NCBI RefSeq assembly: GCF_009834535.1
Contig: NC_045708.1
Span: forward strand, 30,566,001-30,630,000
DNA: 64,000 nucleotides
Direction: 5' to 3'
From: Camelus ferus
Lineage: Eukaryota
In this document: piece after piece, positions 1 through 13,104 of the stretch
How positions within the stretch are numbered: the first letter of the stretch is position 1
How the letters are laid out: each line of letters begins with the position of its first letter
Notes under the pieces: generated by a model
What the model saw: the letters and a program-made list of their open reading frames with translations, nothing else
The model's database searches: none
What the model was told of the DNA's origin: nothing
Position numbers and translations under genes: made by a program

Positions 1-233
1 TGCTGCCGGGCTCAGTCCTGGGCCTGGGGTCACCGCAGAAGATCTGGATCCCTGAGGGAGGCCAGATGACCTGCCTGGTCTGGAGTGGCAGGGGCCATGT
101 GACAGCAGCCCGGCTTAGGCTTGTGGAGACCAGGGCAGAGGTGGGGTGGGCCAGCCCCAGGCCAGGGGAAGAGCTGCAGTGGTGCCTGTTTACCAGTCAG
201 GCTCAACTCCACATCCCAGGAGGAGGAGAGCTA

Positions 234-1001
<768 letters not shown>

Positions 1002-4000
1002 CTACTGGACTGAGGTGCAGCAAGTGGTCAGAGGTTGAGGCGAGGTGGCAGTCCTGCAGTGGCAGCAGCAAAGGCAGCCGCCCCAGGCTCTAGAATGCAG
1101 GGGGAGGCCCAGGGGATGGAAAGGCCAGGGGCCCGCCCACAGTGGCCGCCTAAGCCAGGGCAAGTCCCCAGCAAAGCTCCTGCCCAGCCCCCTGGGGCTG
1201 GGGGTGGGGGTGAGGCGTGGCCGAGATGGGTGCCCCTCCCCAGGGATAGAGAAGGGAGGGGCTGGGAGGAGTGACCCCATTGGCCCTCAGGGCCTTTCTG
1301 CTGGGGAACCCCCTTTAGGAACCTGATACAAGTGCCCTAAAATTCTCCTAATTCCCACCCCAAGCACCAGCCCTGAGATGATGAACTTTGCTTTTGCACA
1401 ACTGAGCTGGCCCATGGGGTTTTCTGTCCTCTGACTGTAGGATGGAAAGAAAATGGAACTCCAATTTGCAAAAGGTAAGACTAGAATTAGACATCAGGGG
1501 GAACTTTTTGGGGAGGGCTCTGAGGTCAGCTGGGCTGGGGAGAGGGTGTTGGGGAGAGGGGGTCCTGGGTACCTAAGGGTCATGTGTATTGAAAACAGGG
1601 GAGGGCCAGACCCACTGTGGGGTCTGTTTGAGATCTGAGGAGGACAGAAGAGGGACCTCATGAAAGCTGGTACAGAGCTGGCTGCCAGCCAGCAAGGAGC
1701 CTGGCAGGGAGGTGGGAGATAGCACCAACCTTCTGGAATTAGCCTGAAAGAAGGCAGACTGTTCAGCCTCGTTAATCCCCTTGCTGGCTGGCTTAGCCGC
1801 TCCTGCTGGGGCCGGAGGCTCGGGGCCCTGGCTCCCGGCTCTGGAACAGCCTTGTGGGGAGCAGCAGCCTCTGCACATTCCTGGGGTTCAGGCTGCCCCC
1901 TCCTAGCGCCCCACCTCCCCCTCCTCTCTCCCGTCCCAGCCTGGCCCTCTGGAGCAGGGGAATGTTTAACTCTCCTCGACCTCATTAGCAATCCCCTCAC
2001 GTTCAGTTCAGCGTGGGTGCAGGGGAATGTCACAACCCCGCTCCTGCTCCCGCTCCTGCCAGCCCCCCGGCCGCCCCCTCCAACCCTGGCGGCCCACCAG
2101 CTTCTCCCTGACGGACTGCGCAGGGACAAGGCAGGTCCCGCTGATGACCCTGGCCTGCTCGCCCCTGCCACCGCCCGGACCCCCTCCGGCAGGACAGCCC
2201 CCCTGCTCCCGCGCATTCTTCACGTGGCTATGCAAATGAGAGGGTGCCAGGCGCTGCAGACAATGCTGCCCTGTGTGCCCGCCCAGGCGTGGGCCCTGCC
2301 ATGGCCCGTGGCCTGGGGCTGCGAGCTAGGGGAGAGGCCTGCCTCGAGGGGGCAGTGGGCACTGCTGGGTCTGTGGTTCCCCACATCGGCTCCCTCTCCC
2401 CAGGCCCTCAGTGCTGGGGAGGCCAGAGCCACGTGGACCTGTGCACACACACACCTGTGTCTCCCAAAGCCAGCGGGACCTAGAGCCTTTGCACAGAAGT
2501 CGGTCTTGAATTCCAATTCCTCCCCCACGGACAGGGAGGGACTGTTTGATGTGGGGGAGCAGAGGACATTGCCGGATCCCAGAGTGGAGACTCACTGGGA
2601 GCTCCCTTTCTAATCCTTAAGGTAACCCTTCACAGATAAGGAGCGAGACTGAGAAGTGACTTACCCCAAGCTGGGAGGTGCGGGGGCCTGCCCACTCCCC
2701 ACCTTTCTCAGGAACTCTGGGGGGCTGAGACTGAGCTGGCTGTGGTGCCTGTGTCCTCACCTCTCCTGGGGCTGCCACGGAGTGGGGGGAGCTGCCCTGT
2801 GCCTGGCGGGGAGCAGAGTGCCTGCAGGTGGCAGCCACCTAGCACAGGTTATTCCCCAAAGGCCAGGTCTGTCCTTTCCCAGTGGGGTCTTGACCTCTTC
2901 TCCCAGGCTTTCTTCCATAGGACTCTCTCTGTAAGGAGGATTCAGGGCTCACTCTGGTCCTCAGGAATACCTGGGTCAGGTCTCTGAGCCTCAGGACCTT
3001 CAAGGCCACGTAGAAATGGAGTGTCAGAACCACACGGGCTCTCGAGACCATGGACTGCCACTCCCTCCGTTGACAAAGGGAGCTGAGAGCCAAAGAGAGG
3101 AAGAGAGCTGCTTAGGGTCACACAGCTGCCCCCGGGGCCTGCATGCCCCTCCTCGCGGGTACCCCCAGAGCCCACCCCCACACTGGGGACCCAGAGCCAC
3201 GTTATGATCCAGGACGATGCTCACATCTCCCTCAGAAGCTCCTCTGTGTATCCCTTCTCTTTGTTATTTGAGGGCTTGAGTCTGTTCTACCCAAACATCC
3301 TCTCCTACTGTGATCCACCCCCCACCTCAGTATTCCAAAGCCCTTGGAAATTCAGATCCAGCTCCTGGAGTGGAGCTCCTGAACCTGGTGTAGCTTCTCC
3401 TCCTAGGGCTCCTACTGCCCCAGTGGCCCCTGCAGTCCAGCAACTCCCAGGCATGCGGGGAGAGCGGGAGGGCTCAGGGACCCGCCACAGCCTCTGTTAA
3501 GAGCTAACTAGAAACCGCCCTGGTGTGTCACACTTCACTGTTTAAAAAGTGCTTTCACTCACATTACAAGAAGCTTAGGGTACTGAAAAGCTGTGCGATG
3601 TTAGGCAAGTCCCTTAGCCTCTCTGGCCCTGATTCCCCAACTGGAAAATAGGGGTAACACCCCTCATCTGTTGGGATCGTGAGGGAGTTTACAAGGCTCA
3701 AATGATGGGTGAGAAGTGTTTGTGGAAAACCTAATACACTGGAAGAAATGAGGCTAATGAGAGCTCTGTTCCAAAAAGGCTCCCTCCTGAGCGGGTCTCC
3801 CCCTTGTGTCTTCTTACCCTGAGTGTGGCAACTGCCCCTTAGTAGATATGTGCTGACCATGGACTGATTGCTGTGAGGATGACACGTTTCTGCCTCCCTC
3901 CCAGTGAGACACTGGAGTCCTTTCCCTGGTCCTTTCCCATGGCCGGTCAGGAGGGTCTGATTCACTTGGTTACTATCCGGCACATTCTTGGCAGCCACCA

Positions 4001-5199
4001 CCTGAAACACTGGAGGCTCAGGAGGTGGTGCTGGTCAGACTCCCCCCAGCTCCTGGTCTGACTGCTGTGGAACCCCAGGCTTGGAATGGAGAGGACTTGC
4101 CTTGGGCGGCACAGCCAGAAAGAGCGCAGCCAGCAGCGTGGACACACTACCGTCCCGCCCATGCCCTGATCTGGGATCCATAATGCTCTTTGCGTATTTC
4201 CTTTCAGAGCACTTGGTGCATTGTTGGCCTCCTTCCAGAGGACTGAAAGTGTCTCTAGGCCCTCCTACTAGCCCAGTTTTTGTGTCCCATGCTAACCCAG
4301 GGCGAAGGCATCTCTGCAGCAAACATGGCCATTTGGAGGTGCCCTCTCCTCACAGGCTCTCTCTGGCATCCCTGCTGAGAGGTCTGCCCATCCCCCTGCC
4401 TGGGGACTGACGTCTTCCCCATTCACATCTTCCCCAAGTTTGCCAAGTTGCCTCCCATCCTCTCTAACACTCCCATGGCTGCTCTTCCTTCGTCTCAAGC
4501 AGGCTTGCCCACGGCTGACCTGCCCTGGCACGTGCATACACACGGGTCAAGCAATCACAGCCGCATCCCGGCCCGCCCCCACCATCACCTCCTGCTGACC
4601 GGGGAGGGGGGGGACTCACTCGCTGTAATTACATGCACTTATCCCGGTTCAGTTCCCTTTGAAAAACGTTTGGCCTTTCATGAACTAAACGGAGACAGTT
4701 AGCTGTCTCTATGTGTTTAGCATATTTTAAAATTGTGAAGGTCATCTGCCTTGAAGTAGAAACTGCTGGAAGACCTGAATCGGGCTGACAGAGTTTTCTG
4801 TAATGTTGAGTGTCTACTATGCGCTAAGCCTCTCTCTGAGCGCCCCCTCACTGATGCTCTCAGCATCCTGGGAGGTAAGGACTGTAATCTCATGTTACTG
4901 GTGAGGAAGCACACTCGGGGGTCACACAGCACCCAATGCTGGGAGTGAGAGTCTAGCCCAGCTCAGCACGTGTGTGAAGAGGCTCATGCTCTTTCCATGA
5001 ACGTGGTGCTCCCTCCCTATGGCGAGTGGGTCATCCAGACAGGACAAGGGATCAGCACAGTGACCGTCCCTATGGGATCACTCCCACGAGCATACACACA
5101 TGTGCTGTCTCCCAGCTTAAAAAACAATCGTTCCTTTACATCTCCCTCCAGCTCATCCTGCCCCCATGCAGAGCCAAACTCCTAATTGTCTACACCCAC

Positions 5200-6372
5200 C
5201 ATCACCACACATTTCCCCGCCCCTTCTCACTTGAACTCACGCCAGCCCATCTCGTGTCGACTGAAACATCTCTTACCAAAATTCTCACTGATCCCCGTGT
5301 CACCAAATCCAAAAGTGGATTCTCAGTTCTTACCTGGCTCAGCCTCTCAGCAGCATTACCCCACCATTGCCCACTCCCTCCTTCATGAAACACTTTCTTT
5401 GGCTTACAGGACACCAGGCCTCCTGGACCCCCTGCTCACGGCTTGTCCTCGTGTCCTCTCTTGGACCCCACTGTCCTCCAGCCTGGCCCAGTCTTCTGAC
5501 TCTTCCTGTCTACAGTGACCTCCGTCTCCTGACTTTGAACACCACCTCATACACCAGTGGTGACTCCCAAAGTTTTGGCTCCTACCTCCGCTTCTCTCTG
5601 AACTCCAGACTCATAGACCCAACTGGCTATTTGATATTTCCACCTGGATACCTAACAGGTTCCTCAAACTTAAGCGTAACTGATGCAAAATCAGACTCCT
5701 GCCTTCCATCTCCACCAACATCTTGCCCGCAGTTGTCCCCATCTTAGGCAAGCCTGCTCCACTTTCCCAACTACTTAGGCTGGAATCCTTTGTGCTTTTT
5801 CTCATACCACCCAATCCATCGGCAACTCCTGCCACCTCTACTTTAAAGAGATCCAGAAGCTGACCTCTTTCACTGCCAATGCCCAATCCACGCCCCCTCC
5901 ATCTCTCTCCGTGGCCACCGCAGCTGCCTCTGCTCTCCTTGTCTCCGTCCTTGCCCCTACAGCCCATGCTCAATGTACGTTCTTCACTGAGGCCTTTAAA
6001 ATGTAAGTCAGATGTAAGTCACCCCCCTGCTCAAAACCCTCCAAGGGCTCCTGTCCCACTGAGTCAAAGCCCAGGTGCTCACAGTGGCCGATGAGCACCC
6101 CCCAGGACGCTGGCCTCATTGGCTGCCCTCCTGGCCCACTCGGTGTCAACATGCTGGCCTCCTTGCTGTTGCTCCCCCCTCAGGGCCTGACTCACTTTCT
6201 TTTCTACCTCAAAGCATTACACACACATGCACACTTATGTGTTTGTTACCTGTCTGCCTTGATAAACTGTAAGCTCTAGGAGAGTGGGGACTTGTTTTGT
6301 GTGGTGCCATATTCCCAACACCAGGCACTTAGCTGGTGCTCAATAAACAAGCACCAGATGATTGAATAAATG
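5200..6372 (+). mobile_element. L2 (RT region to 3' end)
   Basis: CTCAGCCTCTCAGCAGCATT...CACTCCCTCCTTCATGAAACACTT (degenerate RT motif); ends GTGCTCAATAAAC...ATTGAATAAATG. Confidence 0.75.
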
Positions 6373-6914
6373 GGCACTCAGACTGCAGGTTCCCAACTCA
6401 CTGCCCCCCAGCATCTCAAGCCCGGGAAGGGAGATGGGCTTCTGGCCAGAGAAGCCAAATCTCCAGGTCTGCTCTTCCTCTGTCTCCTAGAGGTGTTGTC
6501 ATGCACACAGGCCCTGAGGCATGAGGACCCTACAGCCAGACGGCAGAGCAGGACACATGCGGCTGACACGGGGGCAACACGCCAGAGCACTGCTGACTGC
6601 GGCTAGCTGCCAGAGAAGGATTAATAGTAATCCCTGCCATCCACCCAGAGTGTCCAGTTTACACAGTCCTGTCACATCCAGTATTGCATCTGGGCCACAC
6701 CACTGCCCAGAAGGTGGGCAGGGCGGGGATTACGTGGTCCCCATTATGCAGACGACAACCCAGAGGTCCCCGAGGTTAAGTGTCTGGCCTGAGGCTGCAG
6801 AGGAAGTGGCCGAGCCGGGTACCAAGCCAGGCCTCCTCACAGCGTGCCCGCCACTGCGTCCTGCCCAGAGCAATTTTTATTCAGTGAGACCTCCGGGGTC
6901 AATGGGTAGATTTC

Positions 6915-6960
6915 CCCTCTCTGAACAAACCACCAAGTACAAAACCACAAATCATTTATT
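6915..6960 (-). terminator. P3H1: P3H1 polyadenylation signal with GU-rich downstream element
   Basis: AATAAA on - strand at 6960-6955, about 290 nt after the stop, followed by TTGTGGTTTTGTACTTGGTGGTTTGTT; second AATAAA at 6881-6876. Confidence 0.75.
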
Positions 6961-7252
6961 CTTTGGACGTCTACACAGACACTTAAATACTGTACTGCTG
7001 TCACACGGCTGCCTGTGCAGGCCCCCGCAGGGGCTCTGGGCCTGCGTCCTGAGTCCTCAGTCAGGTCCAGCGCGGAGTGGCTGTCCTGCCATGTCCACTA
7101 CAAAAGCGGTAGCACCGTGTGGACGGCTGTGAGTGGAGTCCCCTCAGCTGGGCGGCAGACCCAAGGTCCCCACTGCTCCTCAGCCAGGGCTGGCCAGTTC
7201 AGGATGCAGGACAGTTCCTCACGTGGTCCAGTCACCACCCATGTGTGAGCTG

Positions 7253-7408
7253 TCAGAGCTCATCCTTGCGCCCCAACTCACTGCTGGAGAGAGACTCCTG
7301 TACAGGCTGGTGGTGCCCCTCCTGGGCTTCCTGGGGCTGCTCGTTGGGGAGGTCTATCTCTTCTGGGCTAAAAAGCATCTTCACCAGGTCGTCTGCCTGC
7401 ACCCTGTC
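7253..7408 (-). CDS. P3H1: P3H1 exon 15 coding part (156 nt), ends KDEL-stop
   Basis: ttgcag|DRVQADDLVKMLFSPEEIDLPNEQPQEAQEGHHQPVQESLSSSELGRKDEL*; TGA at 7255-7253. Confidence 0.96.
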   Translation of the reverse strand, partial: DRVQADDLVKMLFSPEEIDLPNEQPQEAQEGHHQPVQESLSSSELGRKDEL

Positions 7409-7835
7409 CTGCAAGGACAAACCCCTAGCTGTTCAGAGAGGCCTCTGGACCAGGTACTCACCAACTCTCAAGTTCTACTTCCTGGAGGACAAGAAGGCTT
7501 TTTCCTCAATGGCCTCCAAGCTCATCATCGTCTCAGCAGGTCCTATGCTCCGTGCAAAGGCAGCGGAGGTGGTACACAGCGAGGGACCAAGAACCAGGAT
7601 TGCTCCCCATCTTGCCCCCAACCCCTGTCTGGAGCCCCATTTACAAGGATAGAAGAAGGATCAGTGACCACGGCACGTCGTGACCATGGTGACACAGTGC
7701 CCGAGGGAGGAGTCTCTCTGGACTCCCAAGCCCAGTGCTCTTTCACATCTGAGCATCCGTAGTGGAACCAGAGAAGGTGGAAGCAGAACAGGGGCCCTTC
7801 CAGGGAGAGGTCACAGCAGCACCAGCTGCTCTCAC

Positions 7836-7976
7836 CCGCTCACTGTGTCGAGCGTCCAAAGTGAACCACAGGGCGATGGCGCAGCGCTGCCCCCTGGTGA
7901 CGGCCTTCACACCGTGCGGGTTTTCAGTGCCGGAAGAGAATCCCACGGCCCTTCCACACCGGGGCTGCACCTCCGC
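7836..7976 (-). CDS. P3H1: P3H1 exon 14 (141 nt), distal His and 2OG-binding Arg
   Basis: ctttag|AEVQPRCGRAVGFSSGTENPHGVKAVTRGQRCAIALWFTLDARHSER|gtgaga. Confidence 0.96.
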
Positions 7977-8235
7977 CTAAAGGGGTCAATGAGGGGGGTA
8001 CACAGGACAGAGACCGTGACCTGCTTTCAGAAGGGACATGCAGTCATTGGGGTCCAGGAGGGGGTGTCCCCTCAGCCTGGTTCCCCAAAGACCAGAGCTA
8101 AAGAGGAAACGTGACCAGTTGGAGGCCCCCTGTTTTGGGAGGGCAGTGCTGGCCACTAGGGAGACCGGTTGGCCATTCTGCCCACTGCACTGTGAGGGTT
8201 TGTCCTTCCAGGGATGGGGACAAGGGCGCACTCAC

Positions 8236-8311
8236 TGTCACGGTCTTGGCATCTAGTTCAGTGAAATAGAAGTTTCCTCCATCGAAGTCTCCATTCAGGT
8301 AAAGAATGGCG
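8236..8311 (-). CDS. P3H1: P3H1 exon 13 (76 nt)
   Basis: tcccag|S-AILYLNGDFDGGNFYFTELDAKTVT|gtgagt. Confidence 0.96.
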
Positions 8312-8724
8312 CTGGGAAAGGCAGAGAGCATCTCAACACAGACTTCCTCCTCCTCCCGCCCCCCACACAACCCACAGCTTCAGTGCCTTCATCTCCAAGT
8401 GCTTCCAACCAGCAGCTGGAGGGGGCCTTTCATAGGAAGAAAGCCTTCTGGAACTTCCTCTGAAGTCTCACGAACACGTCTCCCAACCTTCCTGCCTCCC
8501 TACCCTCGCCCCAGAGAATCCACCATGTCCGTCTCTGGGGTGTTTCTGTACCAAATCCAGCTTTCACTGTCCTACTCATCACACTACTCTGTGATGGTTC
8601 CTGTACCATCTGACTTCTGATCCAGAGGGTCTTGGATTCTGGGAAGAGCTGGTCCCAAATATGTATGTGTTGGGGGAGGGGGCAAGGCACAGGGCACTGG
8701 GGGCCTTGGAGGGAGAGCCGGCAC

Positions 8725-8842
8725 CTGTAGTCCCGGAATGTGTAGGCAGGCGGCTCCTTGATGCACACGAGGGCCTCGGCGTTCAGGATACAGTTGTCCA
8801 CGTGGACTGGGTGGCTACCATCCTTCCTCTCAGCCTGTGCCT
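8725..8842 (-). CDS. P3H1: P3H1 exon 12 (118 nt), contains Fe-binding HxD
   Basis: ccccag|E-AQAERKDGSHPVHVDNCILNAEALVCIKEPPAYTFRDY-S|gtgccg; HVD motif of the 2OG-Fe(II) dioxygenase domain. Confidence 0.96.
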
Positions 8843-9715
8843 CTGGGGCCAAGGTAACACGTTAGCACCAGGCCACCTCAGGGGACATCACAGCTCTCCT
8901 GTCAGCATATGTCACTGCTGACCAGCTTCCCTTCCCTTATTCTGGTTTGATCCACACCCTCCAAATCTTTCAACACACAGCAGCAAAACTAACCTGAAAT
9001 CCTTACCCCTGGTGAGTTAAAAACAAGGCTTCATCAGGTCCTTCACTGCCTGTGGACTCTTCCCGGCTTCCCGGGAGCGCTGGCCCAGTGTGACAGAGGG
9101 AGAGTGAATGACAAATAACCTTGAACCTGCTCTAACTTGTAAGATAAGTAGCTCTCTCGCAAATCTGGTATTTAACAATTAGTGACAGAGAACTTGCAAC
9201 AGAGAACAGGATTCATCTAAAGACACAGAGCATGATTCAAAGAGTCATCTCAATACCAACATTGAGAACCACTGGAGGAAAAGTATTCTTGAATGCAGGA
9301 CTCTGTAATTTGGCTTCTGAGGACTTCACCACCTTACCTGACTGCCCTGCTCCCCACCTTAAACTTACTCTCCAGAAACAGCAACTTTCTTAGTTCCCCC
9401 AACTGCCAGTTGCTCAATGCCTCCACTCCTTTGCACACGCTGTTCTCTCTGGCTCAAACATTCTCCCATCACCCTGTGTATCCCACAACTCCTATTCATC
9501 CTGCACAACCGTCATCAGTCATCACCTCCTCTGGGAAGCCCTCCTGACTCCCCAGGGAGATGGACTGTAATTTCCTCCACTGCATTTCTCACACTGGTTT
9601 ATGCTGACTCCCCAGCAGGATGAAAGGGACTGTGTCCTGCTCTCCTGCACACCCTCAGCATCCAGTACAGCACGTGCTCTGCGGGGCAGGGGCTGCAGTG
9701 GGGAGGGAGGCCCAC

Positions 9716-9866
9716 CTTCGATGGCAGTGCGGCACACCAGGTGGGAGTAGGAGAAGTAGAGGGGGGTGTCCAGGCGGAAGTAGGACTCCATGACGCGCCG
9801 CACCTTCTCCGTCACGTTGTAGTACAGGTGGGCGCTCTGCAGAGGGACCTTCCCCTCCTGCCCCAG
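9716..9866 (-). CDS. P3H1: P3H1 exon 11 (151 nt)
   Basis: ccgcag|LGQEGKVPLQSAHLYYNVTEKVRRVMESYFRLDTPLYFSYSHLVCRTAIE-E|gtgggc. Confidence 0.96.
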
Positions 9867-10320
9867 CTGCGGAGGAGACCAGTGGTCAGCCACCCGGAGT
9901 GCCCCTCCGTGGCTGTGGCTGACAGAGACCAGGAGGCACCGGGCCACACTCCTCGTGCCCAAGAAGGCGCAGTCCCTTTGCTCCCCACACATGACACTCT
10001 GCCACAGCCCCCTCCCCTCGCCTTCGTATTTCTCTTTCTGAATAACTCGTGCATCCTGCTCAGGAGTACAGCCGTTCCTCAGAGCACTCTCAAGCTTAGG
10101 ATAGTGGTCGTGCTTGCCTGCCTTATTTCTGTTATACTTGGTCTAGTAGCCAGGGTTCAAGAGTCAACCTCACTCAACGTAGTTCATCCTGCCTCCGTAG
10201 CAGCTGGAATGCTGACAGGCAGACACCTTTTACCTTTCCCACCACTATCCCCAACTCTCCCCCAGATCCTGGGTGTCCCCCTCCCCCTCTCCACACCCGA
10301 GAACAGAGTACTGACCCTAC

Positions 10321-10416
10321 CTTGAGGGCCTTGAAGACAGTGACACCATAGAACTTTTCACTGGGGGTGTGTGGGGAGGTCTGACCCCGGTAGCCATCTC
10401 CTGAAGTTGCTGCTGC
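10321..10416 (-). CDS. P3H1: P3H1 exon 10 (96 nt)
   Basis: tcgtag|AAATSGDGYRGQTSPHTPSEKFYGVTVFKALK|gtaggg. Confidence 0.96.
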
Positions 10417-10580
10417 CTACGAGGCCCCCAAAACAGGTGGAGTTAGCCAGGGTGGCTGAGGGCCTGAGAAGAGGCAGTCAACTGCCCACGAGAAGCAGGC
10501 AATCACTCAGCACCAAAGAGGCACCTAGTCAGGGGAGGCCAGGCCCTTAGGGAGAAGGTGTGGTCATGGGGTTCCCTCAC

Positions 10581-10708
10581 ATTGGTCAGTCTCTGCAGCT
10601 CCTGGCACTCATCATCAGAGATCACGCCATCCATCACCACCCGCTGGGAACCGTTCAAGACTTTGGAGTTCATGGTGAGACTGATGCCGTCATAAAGCAG
10701 GGGGCCAC
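10581..10708 (-). CDS. P3H1: P3H1 exon 9 (128 nt)
   Basis: ctgcag|G-GPLLYDGISLTMNSKVLNGSQRVVMDGVISDDECQELQRLTN|gtgagg. Confidence 0.96.
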
Positions 10709-12340
10709 CTGCAGAGCAATGACAAGACAGGGCTAAATCCAGCAGCAGTTCTGTCCCAACACTCTCCATTGGGTATTGCCTCCTGTAAGGAACAGAAATT
10801 CCAGGTGTTTGTTTCCTGTTCACCAGGGAAACCTCCCTTTTGGCCACTTCTAAAGGCAGCGTGGTCCAGAGCACAGAACTTGGAGCTGAAGGACAGGAGA
10901 GCCAAGTGCTGGTCCTAGCTCCACTCGCAAAGAGCTGCTGGCTCTTGGGCCTGCTGGTCACACATTGTTGAGGAAACATCTTAAAGACAATCCTAAAATA
11001 TGAGCCCCAGGATCCGAAAGAACTAGGTTTGACCTCTGGACCCACTTATTAGCATGTGAGTTACTTAACCTACCTGAGCCTTATCTCATCTGTAAAACAG
11101 CATCTACCTCGTAAGTTTGATATAAAGAACAATAAGACAATTTAAGAGCTTAGCACGATACTTGACATATGGTAAATGCCTGAACGTTTAGCTACCATCA
11201 TATCACTATCATCGTCACCTGTTTAAAATGAGGATCTTACAACCTGCCCCACTCACTTCCCAGACAATTAAAAGAGTCAAGAGAAATCACAGAGGGAAAG
11301 CTCTCTGAAAACACAGGAATGCTGGACAAATTCTTTAACACGCTAATCTTGTTAAATTAACCACTGTGAACTGAAGCAACTTCAGAACAAAGGCCAACCT
11401 TCCTCTCTTCTATTTCCCCTGGGGTCTCTCTGTGCTGGGGCCATACCAGAGACTCACTATAACTCCATCTATTTACTGAGGCCTCAGCGTGTGCCATGTA
11501 CCGTGCTAGACAAGGCCAGGGATTAACACCTAAGACAGCAACTGTTCCAACAGTTACGTGAACAACCAGCACAAGGCCGACCTTGTGAAAGGGTGAAGTG
11601 CCTTGGAAGTTCAACAGAAAGAGGGAGGGGATCCTAAATGCCCTGGAATTGTAGGGTGGGTCTGAGATGCACCCCCAGGCAGAGACGATGGGAAGTGTAT
11701 AAGAGGGGGACAGGGATGAACAAAGACCCGGGGGCAGAGAGAGGCTCAGGGATGAAGAGAAGGTGTGAACGAGGAAGAGCAGAACACGTGGTGAAGGGGG
11801 CAGGAGGGAGGATGGTGTCAGAGCCCCGTGTTTGGGAGACTGGTCTAGTCCCAGCATGGGAAGGGGCAAGGTGAGTGCGGACAGGAGAGGCAGCGATGGG
11901 ACAAGAAAAGGGTTGGGAGAGAGAAACAGGGCGGAGTCCTGATCGTGGGTCTCTCCAGTGGGTTGGGGGGGACGATGGGCAAGGGGGGAGGAGGACCAAA
12001 AGAGACCTGAAGATTTTGAGGCTTGGAAACAGGACGAATGATGGCAATTGGGAGGAAACAGTTTGGAGGCAGGGAGACAGGATGAGTTTTTACTGGAGTG
12101 AACTAAACTAGTGTCACTGTGACACAGGAGTCATTTCTTAACCCAAGGCCACCTCTCAGTGCTCTTTGCAGGTGGAAGTCCCGTTGCTGAGTGAGGAAGG
12201 ACATGTGGCGAGGGAGAGCAGACTTGTGCTGGTGCAGGCCCTGAGGCTGCCCTCTGCTGGGGGCTGCCCAGCTAACGTGGGGACCCCTGGCCTGGCTGCC
12301 TCCACAACGGTCACAGGGGACCCCGAGCTCATCCTCTCAC

Positions 12341-12462
12341 CTTCCCGGGTCAGCCTGCTCACGTCCAGTGACTCCTTGGTCTTCTCTTCCACAAGGGTCT
12401 CAATCTCCTTCATGAGGTTTCCGATCTCCTGCGAGATGCGGGCGGCTGTCTCCCGTTCTGAC
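12341..12462 (-). CDS. P3H1: P3H1 exon 8 (122 nt)
   Basis: ccgcag|K-SERETAARISQEIGNLMKEIETLVEEKTKESLDVSRLTRE-G|gtgaga. Confidence 0.96.
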
Positions 12463-12636
12463 CTGCGGGCACAGCCGCTCTGAGGACTGGGCTCCAGGAC
12501 CCGCCCAGGCTCCCACCCCCACTGCCCAGACTGGACCTGCCCACCCCTGGCCAGGGGTTCACATCTGCCTGGGCTCAGGAAGCCTCAAGTGCTTCATCAG
12601 ACCGATCCAATCATGCACTTTCTTCAAGGTCCTCAC

Positions 12637-12689
12637 TTCTGTTTCTCTTGCAGCCTCTTCGGAATCACCTCCTCTGGCGTCCATGAATC
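12637..12689 (-). CDS. P3H1: P3H1 exon 7 (53 nt)
   Basis: ttttag|DSWTPEEVIPKRLQEKQ-K|gtgagg; not in the ORF track, found by reading. Confidence 0.95.
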
Positions 12690-13014
12690 CTAAAAGCAGA
12701 TCGGGAGAAAATAAACAGAGTCGGGTGAGCTGCTCAATCTTCCAGGTCTCGATGCACAGACTAGGGCCTACAGGGGAGTACCCCTTCTCACCCGCCTCCT
12801 TTCAGGAGATAAAGTGAGAGATCCCTGGAACTAAGTCAGCTATAACTAGCTGCCAAGAATTCCCCTACGTCTCCCATCTCTCATCCATGGGCTTCTCGGA
12901 TCCCATGTTTGGCTCAAGCCCTGAGAGTCTTCTCCCCAAAGTGACACAGTGTACAGCTCACCCCTACCCCCTGCCCCATGACATTCCCTACTCTGTTTCC
13001 ACACCCTAGCTCAC

Positions 13015-13104
13015 CGGGTCAACAAAGGGTATTCCAAACACATCATAAGCGAAGAAGAGCAGTTCTTTCTCCAGCAGGCTTCGCTGTCGGTACTCCTGGG
13101 CACT
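13015..13104 (-). CDS. P3H1: P3H1 exon 6 (90 nt)
   Basis: cctcag|SAQEYRQRSLLEKELLFFAYDVFGIPFVDP|gtgagc. Confidence 0.96.

Noticed and set aside
1852-2613. 253-aa + strand ORF (and 240-aa - strand ORF 1494-2216)
   Set aside because: Non-ATG starts, Pro/Ala/Gly-rich composition typical of GC-rich non-coding DNA, no recognisable domain
6521-7762. Back-to-back 203- and 209-aa + strand ORFs
   Set aside because: Antisense shadows of the P3H1 last exon and 3'UTR; no motif or splice support
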